A stretch of 63,803 nt of DNA, the filler included, from Nemertoderma westbladi (lineage: Eukaryota; Animalia; Xenacoelomorpha), in assembly GCA_032718475.1 (NCBI GenBank). It is 3 parts of 3 records of this genome, joined end to end, with 100 filler letters (N's around TTAATTAATTAA, not from the genome) between each part and the next. Parts side by side here need not be neighbours in the genome. Positions count along the whole stretch, not along the records: positions 29,853 to 60,057 come from JAUCBJ010005356.1; 2 more parts are not named here. The stretch is one strand, 5' to 3'. How positions within the stretch are numbered: the first letter of the stretch is position 1; every line of letters begins with the position of its first letter. Below, one piece after another: positions 35,967 through 50,242 of this stretch. A program made the position numbers and the translations under genes. Below the pieces are notes generated by a model. It had not been told where the DNA came from and did no database searches. It was given only the letters and a program-made list of their open reading frames with translations.

Positions 35967-38900
35967 TTATACGTCGAAGTTATACAGTCTAGTCCCGCTG
36001 TGAGTTCGCTTATGTCTTGATAGGTGGCCTTGTTCAGAGAAACTTTTCTCACACACGTTGCATTTATACGGTTTCTCCCCACTGTGTGTTCGGCTGTGCT
36101 TGGTTAGATTACCGGGTTGAGAGAAACATTTCTCACACAGGTTGCAGGTATACGGTTTCTCCCCACTGTGTGTTCGCATGTGCCTGGTCAGGCTGCTTCG
36201 TTCAGAGAAACGTTTCTGGCATAAGTTGCAGTTATACGACCTTTTGCTTTCGCCACTGTGCGTTCGCGCATGCCTTGTTAGGTGGCCTTGTTCAGAGAAA
36301 CTTTTCGGACACTCATTGCAGTTAAACGGTTTCTCACCACTGTGCATTCGAATATGCACGGTAAGGTGGCTTAGTTGAGAGAAACGTTTGTGGCAGATAT
36401 CGCATTGGTATGGACGTTCACCGGTGTGGGTACGCTGGTGTCTGATTAGGTCGCCTTTCTTTACAAACGCTTTACCACAAGTATCACAGCTGAATGACTT
36501 CTCATTGGTGCGGCTTCCTTTCACAATATCCTGGTGTTGAATCCCAGAGGCACCAGGCTGGTCGAAGGAATTATTCATACTTCCGGGTGTTAAGTCATCG
36601 TCTGAATCATCATGGGATCGTTGTGATTGGTCGTCTAGAAAAGGAAATGGAGTGGATCATTAAGGAATGATTAAGTTCAGAACATATTGCAATACAATAG
36701 GTTTAAATATAATTTCAATTAACAACATAATTTCATTTTAAAGATACATGATGTCAAAATTAGCCAAAAAACTATGCCAATTAACAATGATGTGCTCTGG
36801 GTCATACAACATTTCAAAAACCAAAAATATACAATATTTCGCAAACCATATTGCATGATATACATTTTCGGTTATATTATATTTGAGGCTCAATGACAAA
36901 CACTTTTGGCCATTCTCAGACAGATTTCTCTGAATTTTCACACAGACATTCTCTGACCTTTGTGTTACTTCATAGTAATACAATTATAATTAATAGATTT
37001 TCCGCTTCGAGCAGCACAAATGAAGAAAATATTGAGTTTATGACTTTTTTCTTCTATTTTTTTTTCCTTTTTTTTTAAATGTGTATCATTCCGTCAAGTT
37101 AAACAACAAGTTGCCCGGAAATTTAAGTAATATAACTTGCAATATGTAGCTAGTTGATAATTGCAATACACAATATAGTTAATTAGTTGGTAGTAGGGCC
37201 TACCGGTAATTGTTTTCTTTAGTAATATTTAGGAATTGTGGCATATACTAAGTGTTTTTTTATTTAATCAATTTTTAGTAATTGTTTTTTTAGTTAATAC
37301 TTAATAGCTACCGCATGTTTACATACTATACATACAGACATATATGTGTACATACTATACATACAGACGTATATGTGTACTGTACATCTATACATACAGG
37401 TCTACGATATGGTGATATGGATGGATGGGCTGCCTGAGCTTATTTTCTCCATTGGGTAAGGGTTGAATGGGTTGGATTTACTGTAATTCAATAATAGAAA
37501 AATAGTTCTCAGTTCATTCGTACATGTTTGTGTTCAAAATAAACAATTGTAAGTACCAAAATAAGCAAAGTCTCTGGTATTTTTCAAAATAATTATCTGG
37601 CTAGGTCTCTGTTTCAACTCTACTGTATAGTAGGCCTTACTACAGTAGCCTGTCGTATTAGCCCAAATACGGCAGTATAACTCTGGGATCAGAGAACGTG
37701 TAAATATTGACACGCGGCAATCCCCTGATACAGTACCAAGCATGTGTTTGATATAAATATTAGATTTATACTTCCATAACAATTCTCATTGATTTTGCAG
37801 GTCAATGTTATACTTAAAACAGTCAATTCGATATATTCTTTCGATTCCATAGGCGGTTTACACACCTACACCCACCCTATTTATCCCAATCCATCAATTT
37901 TTGTCACAGGTGGTGTGAGGATAATACATTATACAAAATGAGTTTTCCATCCTGATAACTCTGTTTAATTTGACAATGTTTATAATAATAACTTCACCTC
38001 GACCCATAAGCATCAAACAGTCTTTCAATGTAATAAATCTGCCCAATAACTCATTGAACCGAAATGACGCCCCTGGCAAACAACATAAATCAAAGCTAAA
38101 GTAAACATTATCTCTCCTTCATAGAGACTTATGTCTTCAATATACTACCCAGAGATAGTCAGTCCCAGGCTATACAAAATTAGTTACCTCGGAGCCAGCA
38201 GCTGCTACAGAGCATTACATAACACAAATCCATTTACTATAACATTGCCTTTCTTTTCATTTCTTTGTTACATTCTCTCCTTTTGTGTAGTATCACGACA
38301 CTTTAGTTCACAACTAATTTATTGCAGATAGATTATATAACATTAAGTAATTAATATAATCAGATGGGGGGGGGGGGGGGGAGACAATTATGCAGAAATA
38401 GGAAAAATATAATAATAGGGATGAAAACAGTATAATTAAAAATGAATTAAGTCTATACAATATCCACAAGACTTGAAGCAGCCCCCCCCCCCCCCCCCAC
38501 CCCTAAGCAGTCTCATCAAACCATCTGAATTATTGCAGGAGTGGAAAAAGTATCACATTGTCCCAATCCAGATCAACTTGAGAGAGAAAGAGCAATGTTT
38601 ATTTATTTAATTTTCAGATACATCACCAACACTTTCTTCTTTATGCTCATATTAAGTATACCCTAAAAACTCTTAACCCAGTGGCCCCCTACTGTAAGAA
38701 ATGTACATACGCCAAATGTCAATATGTGCGCCGCCTTGTCGGATTCCGAGTGGCCCACACCCGACCAGGTGTGCCCACTGCGGATCTTCCGTAGTAGACC
38801 AATTTGGTCAGGTCAAATCCAAACATTCACTGGAGATCACCAAATGGCGCGCTATGTGAAGTACCGTGCAGACATGATGATGAAAAATACCAACACCAGA

Positions 38901-41008
38901 AGCAGCCTGTTCTAATGAGCTGAGGACCGTTGGGCTCCCTCTAGTGATTCTAAGAGTACTCCTAAGTCATCAGCAAAGTCTAGATCAGTTAGGCACTTGG
39001 CAGGATTTCCTCGACTTCTGGATCCTGTAGGTGGAGTTACCATCACCCCATCATCATTATTGAGTTCTCCAATCTGATAACTCTGTTTAATTGAACAATG
39101 TTTATAATAATATAACTTCATGATGTTTACACCGATATAAGCATCAAAACGTCTTGCAAGGCAATACATCTGCACAACAACTCATTGAATTGGAAGAACG
39201 CCCATGACAAAAATTATAAATCAAAGCCAAAGTAAACATTACATCTCACTATATATCCCCCATTATATCTCACATTAGATATATCTTATGTCTTCAATAC
39301 ACTATAATCAATCAGAGAAGGTCGGTCCCAGGCTATACATAATTTGTTACCTCTGAGCCAACAGCAGCTGCTACAGAATAATACATAACCCAAACCCATT
39401 TACTCTAACATTGATAGGTGTTGACATAACAATTGAAGAAGGCCTTAAGGAGAGGGGAAGCCCTTAATTTTGCAAATGTATTTTTTAAGTCGATTATGAT
39501 GTGAAATTAAACTGAGACTTAAAATCTGATTGATTATATCTGTATTGCGATAACTGTTCGCCCTAATTCTGTAGGCTTAATCATTGCCATTCTCATGGGA
39601 AGATAAATCGAAGCTTTGCTTCTCAAATTTTCGTAAAGTAATGGTACAGCGGTACATTAGGATTGGCACCACCTAACTTCAGGAATCAGTTATCTTCTCG
39701 GAGGCAATGTTCTCCAAGTTCGGAGACATTCTAGATGAGAAGAGGATTCGTCATCTTCTAAAGAGGGGGAAGAGAAGAGGTCCTCTTTATTTAACACAAC
39801 TTGATAAAATTTGAAATAAAGTTCAATTGATAAAAGAGTTTGAGTTGATAAGAGTTTGAGTCTTAATTTGAATTGAGTTATTATATACTGGTTGATTTGA
39901 GTTGATCTTCATAGTATAGGCCTAATTTTTTATTATTTTTTATTTTTTATTATCTTTATTAAATTAAAATTATTAAAAGAAAAAGTGAGTATTAATAATA
40001 AAAGTTGTACAAAACATTAACTAGGGCCTATACAAATTATCCGGCGTATCACCGGATTTTTCAACTATCCGGCCGGATTACCAGATAGCAGATTTTGTCC
40101 AAAATCCGCCGGATATCCGGCCTGATCGGATATACGGTGCACCCCTACCCTACACCCTATTATATGCTATATTATATTGCATAATAAAGTAAGTGTAGGC
40201 CTAGGGTATTCGTGAGTGATGAGATATTTTTAGGTAATTTAATTCGTAATTTAATTCGCACTGATGGAGCAGTAGTCTTGTAGTTCCCGTAGTGTGGTTA
40301 AGTTGAGTAGTGAGTGTTTTAGTTTTCAGTAGTTAGTCATTACCGAGCTGCCCTGTTGAATGCATGTTTGTTTGTTTTATATTGTTACAATATAATAATA
40401 AAATAAATAAAATAATATAATATATTTGGGCCGAAATATTGGCAATAATCTCAAGTTTTGGTCACCTACAGATCTGCTACCCGCCTTTAATCCTTTGCTA
40501 AGCATATATAAAATGGTAACTCACCAATACCGGAAGCAGCTGTTAATATAGGGAGCGACTGGAAGTTGTAGGCATTGGAATGGTTTAAGTTAAAGTCGTC
40601 TAGAGACTGAGTAGTGAGGGGGGTCAATGGGGTAGTATCTGGAAGGAGACCAGGATTGGTGTGGGGTGGGGAGTGGGGTATTAAAGTGTTCGAGTCTCTT
40701 AAGAGACCGGGGCCTGTTCCAACATCTATAGGAGAGAACAACTCGTCCAAGCCATCGCTAACCTCACTTAAATCGGGTTTATATTCCAGTTCGTCTTCCG
40801 TCTTAATGACTATGATTTCCAGAACATCTGACCGGTCTGATTGTGGTTGTTGTGTAGAATAATGGTTTGAGTCGGTTGCGGTTACTGCGGGGGTATACGA
40901 TATGCTGTTATAAGATAATAAAGTTGAACCGGCTGTATTATTACTCGTTTCAGATTCAATGGAGTTTGGTTTGTGTCTGTTGTCTACCAAACTCAGTTTG
41001 GGATCCAT
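35967..41008 (-). CDS. Kruppel-type C2H2 zinc-finger gene with at least 2 coding exons (41008-40525, 36634-35967) and 6 fingers
   Basis: Exon 1 MDPKL..IKTEDELEYKP..SGI ends at G|GTGAGT (phase 1). Acceptor TTTTCTAG|AC gives in-frame DDQSQRSH..GSMNNS into six fingers with TGE(K/R)P-type linkers. Confidence 0.75.
37938..39415. repeat. ~300-350-bp diverged direct duplication (37938-38250 and 39060-39415) with an RTE fragment (38890-39060, -) abutting the second copy
   Basis: TGATAACTCTGTTTAATT, ATAAATCAAAGC.AAAGTAAACATTA and GTCCCAGGCTATACA occur in both copies; the fragment reads LTDLDFADD. Confidence 0.75.
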
Positions 41009-41077
41009 TCGTCTTTGTTCAGTTGTTCTCGCGGGATTTCGGTCTGCTGGTCTGGTTAAGATGTTGTAACCTCACTA

Positions 41078-42733
41078 GGGGAAGGTGGGGGAATTAGAAA
41101 CATGGGGTAATTAGAAGCAATGGCTACTACATGCATGCTTTTGTATGTATAGACTTGAAATTTTGATGTTTAGTGAGATAAATTATTGGTGATTATTTTT
41201 CCAATAGGAATATGGCGTTTATTTTCACTTCTTCATTGTCAAATGGCTGATTGTATAAAAGATGAAAAAAAAATCAAATTTTCGATTATTTTTTTGCAAC
41301 TTCACAAATGGATTGTGAGCGATGTCTTATTCCAATTATCTTAAGCAATAGCTTAATTTAAAGCTTATTATGTCATCTATTCAGTAGACAACCTAATTTA
41401 AAGATAGCATAATTAAAAATTTGTTTGTTCAACATAATTTAAAAATGGTCAAATTTTGGTGCCATGGGGTAATTGGAAACATTAATTTTTTTAGCTGGTC
41501 CTGTTACTTTGGGGACCGTCCTTTTCAACAGTTTCTAATTGTCATACAGCTGCGTGTACCAGTACACCTATCTGCCTATTGCTTGAGTGCCTGATTTTTT
41601 TGGTTATAGAGTGACTACTGACAGTCTGACCATGTGACTAATGACTACTAGCTGACTAGAAGTCTGACCATATGGTTTCCCTCAATTGGTTAAGTAATCG
41701 TTTATTGTTTTGGTTAGAATAGCCCACCTAGGTAACCTGCTGCTTTCCCTCAATTGGTAAAGTGGCCGTTTATTGTTTTGGTTAGAAAAGCATGCCTCTG
41801 TAATCTGCTCCTTTCCATCATTTTGGAAAGTGGCCGTTTATTGTTTGGGTTTGAAAAGCCAGCCTCTGTAACCTGCTCTTTTCCCTCAATTTTACGCAAA
41901 ACTTCATGGCTGCCTGCGTTGCCTGGGCGTCATACTCTATGGAATCTCTATCTGCTGCCTTAAAGCACCATTTCCAGTGGTCATGCCACTATTCGGGAGG
42001 CTGCATATACCTTTGGAATTCCTGGGGGTACCCTCTGGGAACAAGAAACTTAAATATAGTGATCCTAATTATATAGGTCAGGTGCATAGATGTTTTCTCG
42101 GAAAAGCCAACGAGGAAACATTGGCCCAATATCTGGTGGTAATACGAAAAGCGGGATTGGGGCTGTGCTGAACCAACAAGAAATTCTAATTTTAATTTAA
42201 GTTAAGCTAATTCATTTTAATTTAAATAAATTAAGTTTAATTTAGTTATATAAAGAGCTATAATTAGTTTTCATATATCCATATTGTTGCTGGATGTCAT
42301 TTATTCACAAACATGCATATCTCTGTTAATTTTTGAAGGTTTGTGAAACACTTTAAATATTAAACATATGCGGCAACATAGACATGTTATATATCAAATT
42401 GTGTGCAATTTAATCTACATTCCCATGTGGTAATTAGAAATATTCCAATTACCCCATGTGAATTTCTGGTTGATTTAACTATTGGGAGGCAAACCCTGTT
42501 TCCATTTACCCCATTGTGGGGTAAATGGAAACAATCTCGACTTAAAAAAAATCTCGTCTGCCTGTCACTACCAGATAGTGATAGGCAGACGAGATAGGGT
42601 GTTCTATTGTTAGCAGAGAGATGCATGATTCCAAATCTATAGTTATATTTCCTCTATGAATGTTTGTGTAGAAATGAGGGCACTTTTAATTTTTTAAAAT
42701 CCAAAAAGTGTTTCTAATTCCCCCACTTTCCCC
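41078..42733 (+). mobile_element. Internally deleted pogo-like (Tc1/mariner superfamily) transposon
   Basis: TA TSD; 25-bp TIR GGGGAAGGTGGGGGAATTAGAAACA (1 mismatch); HTH-psq relic at ~41930-42170 (YSMESLSAALK..ISSGHATIREAAYTFGIPGGTL). Confidence 0.85.
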
Positions 42734-45494
42734 TACAGGGTGTATGTATGGAAGAGGGTTTAGCAGGTGGCGGTATTGACTCGAGTGTCGAGATTTCGGA
42801 TGGTACCGGTAACTCATTCCAGCATTCCGGTCCCGGTCGTTGCGTTGTCAATATGACAGTATGACTCGACTGCCCGGTGTCGGTCGATGCAGATGTCCTC
42901 AGTGGTCACCCAGGTACCCGGTCCGGTAAGCCTAGCCCTGTAGCCGGGGCAGTGGCCGTCAATCAGCAGACCAGGTTGAACAAGGTGCACAGACAGACAG
43001 AGGAGACAACACCGAGGTGGTGGCGGCGTTAATAAATAGCAGAATATACCCCAGTACCCAGACAGCCAGACAGACAGACAGACAGTAGACAGAGATTGAA
43101 CTCAGCAGCCACTCAGTACAGCAGTAATATAAATACAGAAATATGAGCACTGAGCAGCTGTACAATTCTTAACAACATACTGACATAAGGCCTAAGGCTA
43201 AGAGTCTAGAAAACCCGAGTTTGCGACCACCATCCAGGTATTCCTGTATTCTTTGATCGTCGATAGGTAAGCCTAAACGTTAACTTATCAATTTCCGAGC
43301 AGATATTCGCGAACATAGATTTGGTAATTATGATAAAGAGCTGGTCGATTCACCTGAAATTAGTTCCAGGCTTAGTCACTTCGCAGTTCCGATCCAGGCA
43401 GCCAGGTTCAGACTGGAACGCACTCCAAAAGTGAGACAATCACACCGTCATATGCGGCTGCACAGAGGGGACTGAAAGTATCCACAACACGCCCTGAAAA
43501 CAAAACCACTTCGTGGCAGGGCCAAAGGCAGAACAACTATAGTGGCTACAGTGGAAACAACACCCCTGGGGCGGACATATGCAACCAAAACAATAAACCA
43601 TCCGAGTCAGACCTGGACGAAGTATGCGGAACGCTATACAGAGAGCGTTATAATACAAACAGTGGCGTATTCAGGGGTAGTGACTAATGGCGCCCCGAGG
43701 CGAGAGTTGATAAGCCGCCCCCGACCCCCCCCATTAATATACTGTCTACTGTATACCTGCCCACTATTATTTTAAAAAAATTATAACATTATTTCATGTG
43801 TTCTTGTAGGGAAAGACGTGCTTTATTTATCATTACATCAATATGCTAACTAGGATTTTAAATTATTGCAGATGTACAGTATAAAAATGTAAGAAAATAA
43901 AAATAAATTAATCACAAATATCACTGCGATATGGCGAAGTTTTTTTTATGGGGGAGGGGGGGGGGGACTTTTTTGACCTTATATTCCAGTCCATGGTGAA
44001 ATACATATTGATAAAACGCCGTGGCGTTTATTCGAGGAAGGCGTTTAATTAATATGCTTGGATGAGGATGGCCATTGAGCTTTTATTTAAGGGGGGGGGG
44101 GGGGCAATCAGAGATGGACACGGGCCGGGCCAGGCCAGGCCGGGCTTGGGCCGCATTCTAAATTTTGGAAAGACCGCTATTGTTGAATAATTATATTATC
44201 CAGGTAAACAAAACACAAAAATATGAAATACTGTCATCATGTGACTACTGGTTCAGTTGGCTATTTTGTTGGTGTAGTAGTTACGTAGTTTTCCACCGTC
44301 ACCCGCTACTGTACTGTTATATCAATTGTTTTGTATTATCTACTATCAGCTTTTATCGAACTATATCAGAGATCCAATAATATCAGGTAATAAGAACAAA
44401 CTCTCTTTTCATTCGCACCGGCATCAACATCAGCCATCAGTTATTATTATAAGCGCGGCGATGCATTATGGGGATCCTTTATGGTGTTAAGGTTATGGCT
44501 AGTTACCGGTAGTGATAATAGCGCAGCGTAGCTATTTCACCTCTACCATAATGAGTAAAATGCCAATGCCAACTGTTTGCACAATCAACGACCGGTAATA
44601 TATATAAGGGGAAATACTAGGCTGACACATTGGTGGCCCTCCAATCGATACACTTACTAAAACCCTGACATGTGCTGGCCTCCCATTGGGCATTTGACGA
44701 AGCGGTAAGTGATGTACTGTACGTAATGAAGCGGTAAGCCAGCGGTACACTACCCAGAGCCCGTTCACACCCAACGGTAACTGATTGTCATCTTATCTGT
44801 CGACTGTGAATTCAACAGGAAATTACATTAATTGTTTTATCAATGTTTAAATGGGCTGCGGTAAACCGCGCGGTTTAGCGCACAACTACGTTCACAGTCA
44901 GCGGTGTACTGCTGGCCCTGCGGTACACCGCGCAGTGTACCGTTCCGTTGGAAATGAAAAGGCCTTTAGGCCCTTAGTTGGCCTCTGTCCACTGGTGTGG
45001 ATGGTTAATCCACTGCTCAGCTCGTTCTATTGCATATACTATTACTATACATTTAATAGCAATCTATTGATTGCAGCGTTATGGCATCAATTAATCCATA
45101 ATTAGGTGTCAGAAGACGTCTATTAGGGTGTATTTGTACTAACTAATTGATGACACCTGTCAAATAGGGTCTAATTAGCCTAATTAGGAGGTGTTGCGAT
45201 ATATGGTGTTGTGTGTAAAACAACCCGTTATACAGTATAGAACAGATTAGATAAGTCGTATTGATGTACAACCGTAATTAGATAGGGTAAATAAAATACA
45301 CAGGTTCGGTTATATTCACTCGATTTTATACAGTACAGTATGTAGCCCTATTTACGTAATTTTATCTTAAAACCTTAGTATATCAATTTGCGGTGGCAAA
45401 CTTCTATAAAACAAAACATGAATTTGCCGTTTCTTAATATCTATCGAATCTAATATATATTTGTGCTAATTTAATTTACATTTCTCTATAAATC

Positions 45495-46657
45495 TGTAAA
45501 GGCTTTTGCGTAATTAGCCGGTTATTTTCCCCGTAAAGTACTCTGTAGTTGGTTTACCAGGCATAAAAAGGCCGTGTCCTTACTGTACTGGTGTTTTAGA
45601 GGACATAAAAGTCATTTCTTCTGTATGTGTACTTTAGAGGACATAATCCGCAATTTTATGACGCAATAAGCCGGATCCTCTTGAAACAGTGTCGCTACCA
45701 TGACGACGGCTAACAGCTGATATTGCCACGTAGAACATCTCTTTGTTCTTTGTTCTCTCTTTGTTCGGTCGACCAATCAGAGCGTTTTTTGCCTCTGTGT
45801 TAGATGGTAGATAGAAACTCGTGGAGTTGAGTGAGTGTATTTGATTCTGTCCACAGCCTACAACACCGGCGTGGAACCTCCGTGTTTCAGTGTTTAGTTC
45901 AACATTAGTAGGCTTAATTATAGAACGTATATCCGTTATCTAATCTAATCATATCTCATAACTTAACATATCATACATATCTTACTTAACATTACTGCTT
46001 TTGCTGTCGGTTATTCATTATATTTGTTGATGGAATATTATATTTGGAATACTGATCAATAGACAGACACCCCAATCTTCTTGATATACTAAAGGTTAGA
46101 GAGACCGGTTACATATAAACGATTGCGACTTATGTTAAGTGGTTTGAAGTGAATCTAATGCTATTTTATAGGCCCTACATGTATTGTCTGTTATTCTCTT
46201 TGTATGTGACTAAAATTAGTGAAGGTCGGCAGATTGGTGTGCAGCATTGTGCAGCATTGTGTATGATTGTGATTGATAACGAAGCATCTCCTAAAGAATG
46301 CGCCATATACGTGAATCTATAGCCATCCCGTTGCGTCTGGTGTAAGTCATAACTCTGTTTATATATTTAGAGCGCCACGTCCTAAAGGAACTGTTAATAT
46401 TTCCCGAAAGTGAATAATATTTGTCAGAGATTACATATATTACGATCAGTCGAATAATACAGTAGGCTTGCACCTCAATCAAGTTAAGCTTCCGAATCCA
46501 GTCTCCCGGGTATATCCAGCGGGTGAATGATTGCGCATAGACTGGCTTCGGCTAATGTAGTGTATCAAATACTCGTCATAGGCTAAAGACTATCTATCAT
46601 CTAAAAGACATCCCAATTTGGCAGGTTAAACTGCCAAAGGTCTTAAAAGCGCAAACA
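45495..46657 (+). mobile_element. LTR, probably the 5' LTR of the downstream BEL/Pao gag-pro
   Basis: TGTAAAGGCTTTTG...AAAAGCGCAAACA; reverse-complement homologue of 27825-29034; TATA-like box at ~46360; no clean TSD. Confidence 0.85.
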
Positions 46658-46843
46658 ATAATGGATATACGCCTCTAGATTGCGGTGTAAGCAATCAAGT
46701 CGAAAGTACCGGTCGACCGGTAATCTGTAGGCCTAACTGCCTGATCACCCGGACCGGTACCTACAGCAGTACAGGTACATCAGTATTGTTCGATTGTGGT
46801 ATTGTATACCGGTAGGCTGTTTAAGAGATTAGGGACTGTACAC

Positions 46844-48247
46844 TAGGGCGGTGCGTTTTTTACTTTTTTTTAATTTCATTGTTCTACCGGTGCACAAAAG
46901 TTGCCAAATGGTAAAAAAATAAGGCAAAAAAAATTTCTTTAAATTTCGTCAATATCTTCACGGATCCCAAGAGGGTTGAAATTTTGAGCCATCGCGATGC
47001 ACCATAATGAAATTTATAACAATATAACACATTGATGAAAGATCAATGACTCAAGAAGGAACTTCCTGCATGCATCAAATGTCATCAAATGTGTCCAAAC
47101 TTAGTTAGATACCAAAATTTTAATTTTTTGATCAAGGGAACTAGTGCCACAGGCACATAGCCAGAACCTACCCTTTGGCGCAAATGACGATTATTCTCAA
47201 ATTTCGCGATGGCCACCTTCTAGTTCTCCTACTACATTAATATTATGCTCATTAGAACCGCAATGATCGATTTAGTGGGGGTAGACACCATCAAAACAAG
47301 CATAGAGCGAATAGTTCTTGAGATATTGCAGCACAAGTCAACATTACCGCCTTGATAGATTTAATGACAACTACACAAAAATGTTACTTCTAATTATCTT
47401 AAGGCATCAAAAATATACACATCACTGCAACTAATTGATTTAGTGTATACAAACACCTTCAAAATGAAAGAGTAGTGAATAATTCACTACAGTTTTTTTA
47501 CAAAATGTGTGGAATGGATCAACTCAATATCAAGTATTAATTGGTGGACATAGTCTTGACATTTTGTAAAATAACTCAAGACTCAATAACTCACTAATGA
47601 CTCTACTCTTATTTCGAAGGTGTCTACATCAACTATATCGATCATTTCTGTGATGTGTCTATTCTTGATTCCTGGAGATAATTCAAAGTATCATTTTTAG
47701 TGTATTTGTCCATATCACATCAAGGCGGTGATATAGACTTGTGCCGGACTTCACATTTTCTGCGATATCTCAAGAACTATTCGATCTACGTTTGTTTTGA
47801 AGGTGTCTACCCCCACTAAATCGGTCATTGCGGTTCTAATGAGCATAATATTAATATAGTAGGAGAACTCAAAGTTAGCCATCGCGAAAATTGAGAATAA
47901 GCATCACTTGCGCCAAATGGTAGGTTATGGCCTTGTGCCAGTGGCACTAGTTCCATTGATCCAAAAATTTAAATTTTGGTATCTAACTAAGTTTGGACCC
48001 ATTTGATGACATATGATGCATGCAGGAAGTTCTTTCTTGAGTCATTGATCTTTCATCAATGTGTTATATTGTTATAAATTTCAATATGGTGCATCGCGAT
48101 GGCTCAAAATTTCAACCCTCTTGGGATCCGTGAAGATATAGACGAAATTTAAAGAAATTGTTTTTGCCTTATTTTTTAACCATTTGGCAACTTTTGTGCA
48201 CCGGTAGAACAATGAAATCGAAAAAAAGTAAAAATCGCACCACCCTA
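46844..48247. mobile_element. Foldback-type hAT non-autonomous element with ~600-bp inverted arms and an 8-bp TSD
   Basis: CTGTACAC at 46836-46843 and 48248-48255; TAGGG..CCCTA termini; the arms match for hundreds of bp. Confidence 0.92.
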
Positions 48248-48350
48248 CTGTACACCCCTTGTTTCTTTTGGAGCTTACTTATTTCTGTCAGTTTTATTTA
48301 TTTGTAGGCCAGTATTGAGCAGAAGGCGTGTAAGCCTGCTCAGATTGTAT

Positions 48351-48920
48351 AGATAATTTGTAGGCTTGACTGTTGTCTAACTGTTGTTAAGTCTGAACGG
48401 ATTGCAGTGTGTGTAGAGCATCTGTCCGATAAAGTGCTAGTTAGGAACGTAGGGGCTTCAAGTGCTGTGAGGTAAACCCCCTGTGAAAGAATAAGTCGTA
48501 CTACTAGGTTAGAACGCATACTAACTAATCATTTCGGAGTCTGCATATACTGTAGTTTATTTAGGCTTGATAGTAGTCTGCCATCGTTTGGTCTGTACTT
48601 TGTTTGTGTAATCTGTACGGGTAGCATATAATTCTTATTTAGATAATTTGTAGGCTGGATAGTTGTCCGGCTGTTGTTGGGTCTTGGGAGATTTCGGTGT
48701 ATGTAGAGTGTATGTCCGATAAAGTGCCAGTTGGGAACGTAGGGGCTTCCAGTGCTGTGAGGTAAACCCCCTCTGAAAGAATAAGTCGTACTACTAGGTT
48801 AGAACGCATACTAACTAACCATTTCGGAGTCTGCATATACCGTAGTTTGTTTGGGCTTGATAGTAGTCTGTCAGTATTTGGTCTGCATTTTGTTTGAGTA
48901 GTCTGTACGCGTAGCGTAAT
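48351..48920. repeat. 290-bp tandem duplication in the putative BEL/Pao 5' leader
   Basis: AGATAATTTGTAGGCT at 48351 and 48641; shared GAAAGAATAAGTCGTACTACTAGGTTAGAACGCATAC. Confidence 0.9.
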
Positions 48921-50242
48921 ATTTATTATTCAGAGTTTATGCTATTATTCGCAACATTCATTCCCCAAGTTTATTCCTACAGTAATTGTGCTTGTTATAC
49001 ATACCGTTATAGTTAAACTAACTCCGGTACTACATCAGGGCTGCTTGGCGTAGGTAAAGACTGGAGATTTTATGCTTTGGTCACTCCGGCAGATACCGTG
49101 GTTCTTTTAGCTGTTCAAGTATTTTTAACGACTGATTATTTGTTGTACAAGTACTTGTACCTAATTTAGGGTTTAGTGTACAGTGCTTTCCGAAAGCAAT
49201 TAGTGTGTAGGCAGTATATTTGTGTTGTAAAGTGGTTAATAGGCACGTTGGTTCTGGTAGACCGCGGTAATTAACTTCTGGGTAGGAACACTCCGTGATA
49301 CATAACATAGTACCTATAGCGATATGGCTATAGGTCGTCAGACGGTGGTATTTTTCCTATCTGGACAGCGCAATATATTTACTACTACTTATTATTTTCA
49401 AATACCGTAGTAACCTGTCCGTTGTAATAACCAGATATTCTAACCCTTTGTTAGGCTGGTTAGTAGACTTCTTGTAAAATTACCCTAAAAATTCGTACTG
49501 GTATATTTTTGTGTTTATTTAGAGATTGTAATCTCAACCCGAATTGTAAGTAATTTGTAGTATTAAGTAACTTAGGTAAATTAGAATTATTTGTTTTAGT
49601 GTCCAACAAGTAGCACTTCACTGAGAGCGCACAGCTTCTGTGTAGTGACTCCCCCCAGAAATAATAACATTTATTTCAAATATTGACAAAACCCATTATA
49701 GGGGTATATATATTATAAATCAACTCAAACGATTTATAAATAGTAGGCCTGCCATACAACAACTAGGTCTCAATATCAGTTGGACTACTGCTTAAATAAC
49801 GGTAATAAAGTAAGTTAAAGTAACCAAGTAATCCCTAAAAATTCAGAAATTCAATTATTTAAAATAATTGACATACCGGTATTTACCATAGGCTTATTAT
49901 ATTTATTTCTATAAATTTAGGCTGAAATTATACCGGTATTCTGTAATTAATTCTAGTCATGATTATACTTATATATACTATAAGTGTAAGCTGCGTACCG
50001 GTATTCACAATAGGCCTATTATATATTTATATATATTTGTACTGAAATTACCTACCGGTATTCTGTGACAAACCTAGTCTGTAATAATACTTATATATAC
50101 CATAAGCATACCGGTGCTATAATATATTATATATATATCACGCTACACTGAGTAGCAGTATCGGTAATTAATTACTAGGCTAACAGTTAATACTGAATTA
50201 CTAGACTTGCATAGACTGTAATATAGCAGTAAGCATTCAACT

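Noticed and set aside
39660-39780. Possible extra exon of the zinc-finger gene after a TTTAG acceptor
   Set aside because: The expected frame (EDDESSSHLECLRTWRTLPPRR) hits a stop before a donor site.
43660-45000. hAT-like (CAGTGGCGTA) and Harbinger-like (GGCC/GAGCCCGTTCACAC) termini
   Set aside because: Matching partner ends and TSDs could not be established; too fragmentary to call.
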